Shown piece after piece: positions 26,301 through 32,000 of a stretch of DNA of 32,000 nucleotides. The notes below the pieces were generated by a model, which made no database searches, was not told the DNA's origin, and saw only the letters and a program-made list of their open reading frames with translations. This DNA comes from Saprospiraceae bacterium. Its GTDB lineage: Bacteria > Bacteroidota > Bacteroidia > Chitinophagales > Saprospiraceae. Both the position numbers and the translations under genes were made by a program. The stretch covers positions 85,213 through 117,212 of the forward strand of contig CBDICS010000081.1 in the NCBI GenBank assembly GCA_965277415.1, in the 5' to 3' direction. How positions within the stretch are numbered: the first letter of the stretch is position 1; each line of letters starts with the position of its first letter.

Positions 26301-26378
26301 TATTTGAGTTCAGCCTGAATAGCTACGAAAGTGAGTTTGTATCGAAGTGTAAAAAACATAATTGATTAAATCATTGAT

Positions 26379-27272
26379 ATGAGGTCAAATGTTCTAACGT
26401 TTTTATTTTTTTCTCTATTATTACTTGCCGCTTGCAAAAAAGATTCTAAACCAATACCCAATAGCATTTTATTTCTTGGTCATATTTATGAATCTCATAC
26501 TAAAATAGATAAAAGGATAGAACGACTGAATCTAGACAAATACGAACACATTTGGTTGGGAGGAGATGTTTGCGCTAATTCTGATAAAGAATATTCAATC
26601 TTAGAATACATCAATGAAACATTAAAGGTCGATGCACCACAAAATTACTGGACATTGGGCAATCATGATGTCCTATTTAATCATTACGATTGGATTGAAA
26701 AAATTACCGGTAAGAAAGAATTTTATACAAAATATCATAAAGGCATGACCGTAATGGTCATGAATACGGTGCTCAAAGATCCAGAATGCAGCCGATTAGA
26801 AGCGCAGTATGAAATGTTTCAGCAGCTTTGTGATACGATACAGGAATCCTCTCACCTTATTGTTCTAAGCCATTATGTGATATGGAATCATGTGAAAAAT
26901 ATGCCGAATTTATGGAGAAGGGCCAATGCCAATAATCCAACCTGGGAAAGCCGATGCCAAGCCAAATCAAGGTTCGAGCATGTATTGTACAATCGATTAG
27001 TAGAGGTTCAAAAACGAGGCGTTCAAGTCGTTTTTATTTCAGGAGATTATGGCCAAAAAGATAAAAAATTTCAATTCCAATGTGAAGAAGATATTTGGTT
27101 TTTAGCTTCTGGACTTGATCGCAGCAATAAGCATATGCCGGATAGTTTACAAGAGACTGCCAAAGATTTTATCTTATTATTAGATCACTCACCTGAAAAC
27201 CGAACACTGACTTGGAATTTCCTTGATTTAGATTCTTTATTGGATAAACAAACTACGATATTTGGTTTGTAA
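26379..27272 (+). CDS. Metallophosphoesterase-like lipoprotein
   Basis: 297 aa. Lipobox LLLAAC. GGDVCAN and LGNHD resemble calcineurin-like phosphoesterase motifs II and III, and LSHY may be motif IV. Motif I (DxH) is not evident, so activity is uncertain. Confidence 0.5.
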   Translation: MRSNVLTFLFFSLLLLAACKKDSKPIPNSILFLGHIYESHTKIDKRIERLNLDKYEHIWLGGDVCANSDKEYSILEYINETLKVDAPQNYWTLGNHDVLFNHYDWIEKITGKKEFYTKYHKGMTVMVMNTVLKDPECSRLEAQYEMFQQLCDTIQESSHLIVLSHYVIWNHVKNMPNLWRRANANNPTWESRCQAKSRFEHVLYNRLVEVQKRGVQVVFISGDYGQKDKKFQFQCEEDIWFLASGLDRSNKHMPDSLQETAKDFILLLDHSPENRTLTWNFLDLDSLLDKQTTIFGL

Positions 27273-27313
27273 AGATTAGATAAGTACTTGAACAATTTGA
27301 AGATAAACGATAT

Positions 27314-28435
27314 ATGATAAACAAGAAAAGTGTTTACATTTTAGGTCTTATTCTATCAGTCGTAGCGATTGTATATAGTTGTGTCGATCCAGTAGAACCC
27401 GAGTTCGCGTATCAAGATAATATCATTTTTATAGAAGCATATGCATTGACAGAACCTGGATTGTCTTCTGTAAGTATAAAAAGATCTGTTTTTCAATTAG
27501 AGGAGTATAGAGTAGAACCTGTAGAGCATGCCATAGTGCGATTGGAAAATATGGAAACAAATAGCAGCGTAGATTTTTCAGAAGACCTTGAAGGAGTCTA
27601 TGCTTGCCCTGCCGATTTTGCCGCAATTACAGGAGAACGCTGGAAGCTATCTATCGAATTAGAAGATGGCCGAAAATATGAATCTACTACGGAGACCGTA
27701 ACGAAAGCAATTCCAATCGATAATATTGAAGCTGAATTTTCTCCAGAAGTAAAATATGAAGCTGGTTTTGGCGGCTATGTTCCAGGGCATAGTATTCGGA
27801 TAGATTTTAGAGATATTGCCGGAGAGGAAAATTTTTATCTATGGAAATATCGTACTTATGAGCCATTAGTCATTTGTAAAACTTGTGATGATGGCATCTG
27901 GAGGAATGATGTTTGTCAGAATACTGCGGGCCCTTCATGGGCGCCACGTTATCATGATTATTTATGCGAGACGGATTGTTGGTTGATCCGACATGGCGAA
28001 AACCTGCCCATTTTTGATGACTTATTATCGGACGGTCAAGAGATTACTGGGAAAGAGATTGCTGGCATCCCTTATTATCGAGATCAAAATATTTTGGTTG
28101 AGGTTCAACAATTATCATTAGGTAAATCTGCTTATGATTATTTTAAAATCATCAATGATTTAGTTAATGAAAACAGTGGATTGAATGCGCCACCTCCAGC
28201 CGCCCTTTTAGGTAATCTGTCTAGTGTTAATGATCCGGATGATTTTGTATTAGGTCAATTTACAGCAACAGCGGTATCTACAAAAAGGATATTTATTGAT
28301 CGTTCCAATACCTTGGCGACACCTATTGACCCCGATCATATATTGAGATTGGAAGATTGTTTTAATTGCCCCAATTATTTTCCTTGCGAAGAGGGGTTTT
28401 TTAGGACTTCGATAAAACCAGTAGGTTGGCCTTGA
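27314..28435 (+). CDS. DUF4249-like lipoprotein (the usual partner of CarboxypepD_reg-type TonB-dependent receptors)
   Basis: 373 aa. Lipobox-like IVYSC. The overall pattern and the block SLGKSAYDYFKIINDL...GLNAPPPAALLGNL resemble DUF4249 as I recall it. Adjacent to a matching receptor. Confidence 0.55.
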   Translation: MINKKSVYILGLILSVVAIVYSCVDPVEPEFAYQDNIIFIEAYALTEPGLSSVSIKRSVFQLEEYRVEPVEHAIVRLENMETNSSVDFSEDLEGVYACPADFAAITGERWKLSIELEDGRKYESTTETVTKAIPIDNIEAEFSPEVKYEAGFGGYVPGHSIRIDFRDIAGEENFYLWKYRTYEPLVICKTCDDGIWRNDVCQNTAGPSWAPRYHDYLCETDCWLIRHGENLPIFDDLLSDGQEITGKEIAGIPYYRDQNILVEVQQLSLGKSAYDYFKIINDLVNENSGLNAPPPAALLGNLSSVNDPDDFVLGQFTATAVSTKRIFIDRSNTLATPIDPDHILRLEDCFNCPNYFPCEEGFFRTSIKPVGWP

Positions 28436-28496
28436 GCACCTGTTTATCTTATAAAATTGTTTTAGTATAAAGTCCAATGCAGATCCAAAATCACTA

Positions 28497-30908
28497 ATGA
28501 ATAATAAATTATTTTATCTTCTTCTCTTGTTCAACTATATCGTGATTAGCAATATAGAAGCTCAATCATTTGATCTGGAAATAAATATAGTAGATAAGCA
28601 GAATGCAAAGCCTGTTGAATTCGCTAACATATTTATATCGCCTTGCGATTGTGGCGGTTCGACAGATGAAAAGGGTGAATTAAAAATTAATTTAGCAAAG
28701 GATAATTATCAGATCATTACTTCGTGTATTGGTTTTCAGCCAGATACTTCAAGTTTTGAATTAAATAAAAACTCAAGCCTTACAATTCAATTAACCTCAA
28801 AAGGCTATCAGTTGGATGATATTACCATTAGTAGCAAAAGTACCCGTCAAAATATTGAACGAGCAGTAATGGGGGTACAACAATTATCAGCAGATAAAAT
28901 TAAAACACTACCTACTGCTATCGGAGAAGTAGATGTATTTAAAAGTCTGACCATGTTAGCAGGAGTAGGCTCGGCAGGGGAGGCGAGTAATGGTTTATCT
29001 GTCCGAGGTGGTTCATTAGATCAAAACCTGGTCTTATTAGACCAAGCTCCGGTGTTTAATACGACTCATTTATTTGGTTTGTTTTCTGTTTTTACACCAG
29101 AGGCAATTGGTAATGTAGATTTGTATCGAGCAAATATGCCTGCTAAATTTGGAGGGCGTATTTCGGCTGTCATAGATATTAAAGTCAAAAATCCTGAAGC
29201 GGAAAAACTCATATTGCAAGGAGGAATTGGTCTCGTATCTAGTCGACTCTCAGTAGAGACACCTATTATTAAAAATAAATTAACGGTTCTGGCGGCGACA
29301 AGGGTTGCTTATAATGATTTTCTGTTTCCTCGTATTGAACGACTGAAAAAGACCCGAGCTAATTTCCATGATACGACCATAAAGTTGAAATACCAAGCTA
29401 ATGAAAGGAACAGTTTTTCTCTGACTTCTTTTTATAGCCATGATTTTTATCAACTGGATATTACTTCCAAAATCAATAATATTACAGCATCAAGTAATCA
29501 ATACGATTATACTACTTTTAATAATACATTGACTTGGTCGCATACGTTTAAAAATAATTCATTTTTACAAACTAATTTTATTCGTAGTGATTACCAACCT
29601 CAAATACTTTTCCCTCAGGAAAATGCTAGCGAAGTCATTAACTTTCAATCGAACATATCCTATTACAGTTTGCAATCCACATTTTTTAAAACAGTGAATG
29701 GATTGACTTATTCTTTAGGTATTCAGACAGATAAAACTAGAGTAGGGCCAGGACGTTTGTCTGGAGGAGAGGAAGTGGGAATAGAAAGCGTAGACCTGAA
29801 TGATGAGAATGGTATTGAACTTTCTGCTTTTGGACATTTAGATTGGAAACCTGCTGAAAGATTAGCTTTGTCATTGGGATTGCGATATACTCAATTTCTC
29901 TTAGTTGGGGCATATGAAGAGGCTCAATATGAAGACCATACAAAAGAGAATTTGCTCACCATCATCTCTCATCCCAAAGGAGCAATTGTTAAAACTTATG
30001 GTGGTTTAGAACCTCGGCTTGGAATGAGATGGAAATTAGGAGAAAACACTTCTTTGAAGGCAAGCTATGCTTTGACGCGTCAATATTTACAAAATATATA
30101 CAATAGTACGACTCCTCTACCTACCTCCCGCTGGAAGACATCCGATGTGCATATTGTTCCTCAGACAGGGCATACTTATAGTTTGGGTGTTTATCAAAAT
30201 ATTAAAGACAATAAAATCGCAATCAGTGCAGAAGGATATTATCGAACGATAGACAATGTATTAGATTATAAACCAGGTGCTGACTTCTTTTTGCAAGAAT
30301 TTATTGAAAAAGATGTGCTACAAGGAAAAGGAAAAACGTACGGGCTTGAATTTAATTTCGAGCAACCAGAAGGAAAGGTTAACGGTTGGATGAATTATAC
30401 CTGGTCGAGAAGTATACGCAAGTTTGAAGCGCAAAAACTTAGCAATAGGATCAATAATAATGAATGGTTTGCTTCAGATTTTGATCGACCTCATGTTTTT
30501 AATGGTACAGTGAATTTTGAAGCCAATGATTTTAATACATTTAGCTTTAATTTTACTTATCAAACTGGTCGACCTTATACGGTTCCCAATGCTACTTTTA
30601 TTATTGACGGAATTCCTGTGCCCATATTTTTAGAACGAAACAATTCGAGACTACCAGATTATCACCGATTGGATTTCTCTTGGCGGATTCATAATATTTC
30701 GACCAATAAAGAAAAACGTTGGAAAGGAGATTGGATTTTTACAATATATAATTTGTACAATCGAAAAAATGCATACAATCGATATTTTGCAGGTAAGCGA
30801 AATGGAAGATTAGGTGCCAATATTGGCGATGGTCCTTTAGGTGCCTACCAACTTTCTATATTCAGCTCAACTTTAGTTTCCTTGACTTATAGTTTTAAGT
30901 TTAAATAA
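28497..30908 (+). CDS. TonB-dependent receptor with N-terminal carboxypeptidase-regulatory-like domain
   Basis: 803 aa with a signal peptide. The CarboxypepD_reg-like segment is INIVDKQNAKPVEFANIFI...GELKINL. Plug block TLPTAIGEVDVFKSLTMLAGVGSAGEASNGLSVRGGSLDQNLVLLDQAPVFNTTHLFGLFSVF. Long beta-barrel with a C-terminal ...LTYSFKFK. Confidence 0.9.
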   Translation: MNNKLFYLLLLFNYIVISNIEAQSFDLEINIVDKQNAKPVEFANIFISPCDCGGSTDEKGELKINLAKDNYQIITSCIGFQPDTSSFELNKNSSLTIQLTSKGYQLDDITISSKSTRQNIERAVMGVQQLSADKIKTLPTAIGEVDVFKSLTMLAGVGSAGEASNGLSVRGGSLDQNLVLLDQAPVFNTTHLFGLFSVFTPEAIGNVDLYRANMPAKFGGRISAVIDIKVKNPEAEKLILQGGIGLVSSRLSVETPIIKNKLTVLAATRVAYNDFLFPRIERLKKTRANFHDTTIKLKYQANERNSFSLTSFYSHDFYQLDITSKINNITASSNQYDYTTFNNTLTWSHTFKNNSFLQTNFIRSDYQPQILFPQENASEVINFQSNISYYSLQSTFFKTVNGLTYSLGIQTDKTRVGPGRLSGGEEVGIESVDLNDENGIELSAFGHLDWKPAERLALSLGLRYTQFLLVGAYEEAQYEDHTKENLLTIISHPKGAIVKTYGGLEPRLGMRWKLGENTSLKASYALTRQYLQNIYNSTTPLPTSRWKTSDVHIVPQTGHTYSLGVYQNIKDNKIAISAEGYYRTIDNVLDYKPGADFFLQEFIEKDVLQGKGKTYGLEFNFEQPEGKVNGWMNYTWSRSIRKFEAQKLSNRINNNEWFASDFDRPHVFNGTVNFEANDFNTFSFNFTYQTGRPYTVPNATFIIDGIPVPIFLERNNSRLPDYHRLDFSWRIHNISTNKEKRWKGDWIFTIYNLYNRKNAYNRYFAGKRNGRLGANIGDGPLGAYQLSIFSSTLVSLTYSFKFK

Positions 30909-30917
30909 GAAAATACT

Positions 30918-30952
30918 CACCTCCCACCTCCCATCTCCCGTCTCCTGTCTTG
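30918..30952. repeat. Degenerating heptamer tandem repeat between the receptor stop and the IS3 element
   Basis: CACCTCC CACCTCC CATCTCC CGTCTCC TGTCTTG (30918-30952), starting 10 nt after the stop at 30908. Confidence 0.75.
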
Positions 30953-30992
30953 TATTCAATCACTATAGCTTTACACAAAAACGTAAAAAGTT

Positions 30993-31382
30993 GTGACAAG
31001 ACCAAAGAAACGCGAAAAACGAAGAAGTAAGTACTCTGAAGGCTTAAAACGAAAGATTGCGAAGGAATATTTAGAAGGAAAAGCAAGTTATGGTATCTTA
31101 GCCCAAGAAAACAATTTAGCGAATAAAGATGTTGTGAAGGAGTTTGTAAAATGGTACAAACGTCGATTAAATCAGGAACCTTCGAATAAAGTAAATGTGA
31201 AAGATTCAGGAAAAAGTCAGGATTCAAAATCAGGTGATTTACAATTAAATCAAGAGGTTGAAAAGCTGAGAAAAGAACTAGAATTAGAACGCCTAAGAGT
31301 AGAGATGTTGGAAACAATGATAGATGAAGCGGAACGTGTTTTATCAATAGATATTAGAAAAAAGTCTGGTACCAATCAGTAG
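30993..31382 (+). CDS. IS3-family transposase OrfA (HTH DNA-binding plus leucine-zipper-like C-terminus)
   Basis: 129 aa with a GTG start per the ORF track. YSEGLKRKIAKEYLEGKASYGILAQENNL is HTH-like. The C-terminal heptad-like LQLNQEVEKLRKELELERLRVEMLETMI is typical of IS3 OrfA. Confidence 0.85.
   Translation: MTRPKKREKRRSKYSEGLKRKIAKEYLEGKASYGILAQENNLANKDVVKEFVKWYKRRLNQEPSNKVNVKDSGKSQDSKSGDLQLNQEVEKLRKELELERLRVEMLETMIDEAERVLSIDIRKKSGTNQ
31358..31364 (+). promoter_or_regulatory. Programmed -1 ribosomal frameshift site A-AAA-AAG (OrfA to OrfAB fusion)
   Basis: In the orfA frame the codons are AGA AAA AAG (31356-31364). The -1 frame is open from the slip site (KKVWYQSVVLMKAYY...) into orfB. 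Confidence 0.75.
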
Positions 31383-31387
31383 TATTA

Positions 31388-32000
31388 ATGAAGGCATATT
31401 ATAGGAGCATAGGACTAGAAACTTTATGCAAACTGGTTGGTAAAACAAGACAAGCCTTTTATGATAAAAAACAGAGGAAAGAACAGGAAAAAATTGATGT
31501 ATCTATCATTGTAGAATTGGTAATGCGAGAGCGAAGAATAGCAAAGCGACTGGGTGCAAGGAAGTTGTTATTGATACTGAGGTTAGAATTACTGAACCAT
31601 GGAATATCTATAGGGAATCAGAAGTTTGTGGATATATTAAGAGCCAATGATTTATTAGTCAGGCGCAAAAGCAGGAAGCCTAAGCTAACAGATAGCAGGC
31701 ATAAATTACCTACTTATCCTAACAAAGCGAGTAACTTACATATAGATAAAAGCGAACTATTATTTGTATCTGATATTACATATATCAAAGTCTTCGACAG
31801 TTTTTGTTACCTCTTTTTGATAACAGATGCCTATTCAAGGAAAGTAATGGGCTATAATTTTTCAAGAAGAATGACTGCTCAATGTTGTTTAGTGGCATTA
31901 AATCAGGCAATAGAAAATCGAAGTTACCCTGATCGAAAATTGATTCATCATTCAGATCGCGGGTCTCAGTATTGCGCAGCAGATTATGTAAAGATTTTAA
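31388..32000 (+). CDS. IS3-family transposase OrfB (DDE integrase core), N-terminal ~204 aa, truncated by window end
   Basis: Hand translation: MKAYYRSIGLETLCKLVGKTRQAFYDKK...ELLFVSDITYIKVFDSFCYLFLITDAYSRKVMGYNFSRRMTAQ...LIHHSDRGSQYCAADYVKIL. SDITYI, LITDxYSRK and HSDRGSQY are the first and second catalytic-D regions of IS3 transposases. Confidence 0.9.
   Translation, partial: MKAYYRSIGLETLCKLVGKTRQAFYDKKQRKEQEKIDVSIIVELVMRERRIAKRLGARKLLLILRLELLNHGISIGNQKFVDILRANDLLVRRKSRKPKLTDSRHKLPTYPNKASNLHIDKSELLFVSDITYIKVFDSFCYLFLITDAYSRKVMGYNFSRRMTAQCCLVALNQAIENRSYPDRKLIHHSDRGSQYCAADYVKIL

Larger units (their letters stand above)
30953..32000 (+). mobile_element. IS3-family insertion sequence, left part (continues beyond window end; left boundary not determined)
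   Basis: orfA (HTH plus coiled coil) is followed by an orfB with DDE integrase-core motifs in the -1 frame, with a canonical A-AAA-AAG slippery site. The left inverted repeat must lie between ~30909 and 30992 but cannot be fixed without the right end. Confidence 0.85.

Noticed and set aside
30901-31347. 148-aa minus-strand ORF antisense to IS3 orfA
   Set aside because: It overlaps the heptamer repeat and the whole of orfA on the opposite strand, with a Leu/Phe-rich composition from AT-rich antisense sequence. The IS3 OrfA/OrfB reading is far better supported.

Overview
AT-rich chromosomal segment with clear Bacteroidota hallmarks: T9SS C-terminal sorting domains, a CarboxypepD_reg-type TonB-dependent receptor next to a DUF4249-like lipoprotein, a GxxExxY gene, and TAnnTTTG-type promoter boxes. 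Left to right: (i) three tandem minus-strand paralogous secreted/T9SS-cargo genes (1-5125, the first truncated by the window edge). (ii) A minus-strand LPS/envelope operon, waaA - SAM methyltransferase - M15A (MepK/YcbK-like) peptidase - RfaE-domain-I-like sugar kinase (9521-5637), plus a putative outer-membrane beta-barrel gene. (iii) Nucleotide-sugar genes uxs and rfbB, separated by a ~125-nt composite hairpin built from degenerate CTGACCAC repeats. (iv) Glycolytic pgk and gap (minus strand). (v) tRNA-Glu(UUC) with its own terminator. (vi) A hexuronate-utilisation locus (Gfo/Idh/MocA oxidoreductase, SDR/UxuB-like, uxuA, uxaC, TRAP dctPQM). It is split between the SDR gene and uxuA by an 875-nt segment carrying a GxxExxY (PD-(D/E)XK-like) gene. 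That gene is inactivated by a 161-bp MITE with 13-bp perfect terminal inverted repeats and a TTA target duplication, and is bracketed by palindromic repeat modules with 25-nt arms. (vii) An exported M20D amidohydrolase, a metallophosphoesterase-like lipoprotein, a DUF4249-like lipoprotein and a TonB-dependent receptor. (viii) The left part of an IS3-family insertion sequence (orfA, A-AAA-AAG -1 frameshift site, 5' part of orfB) running off the right edge. I see no recognisable defence island, CRISPR array, prophage, toxin-antitoxin pair or secondary-metabolite cluster; most genes are ordinary housekeeping, envelope or catabolic genes. Three things are least explained by standard annotation: the repeat-bracketed GxxExxY cassette with its MITE, several short-period (7-9 nt) degenerate tandem repeats just 3' of stop codons, and the tandem T9SS-cargo paralog family of unknown function.
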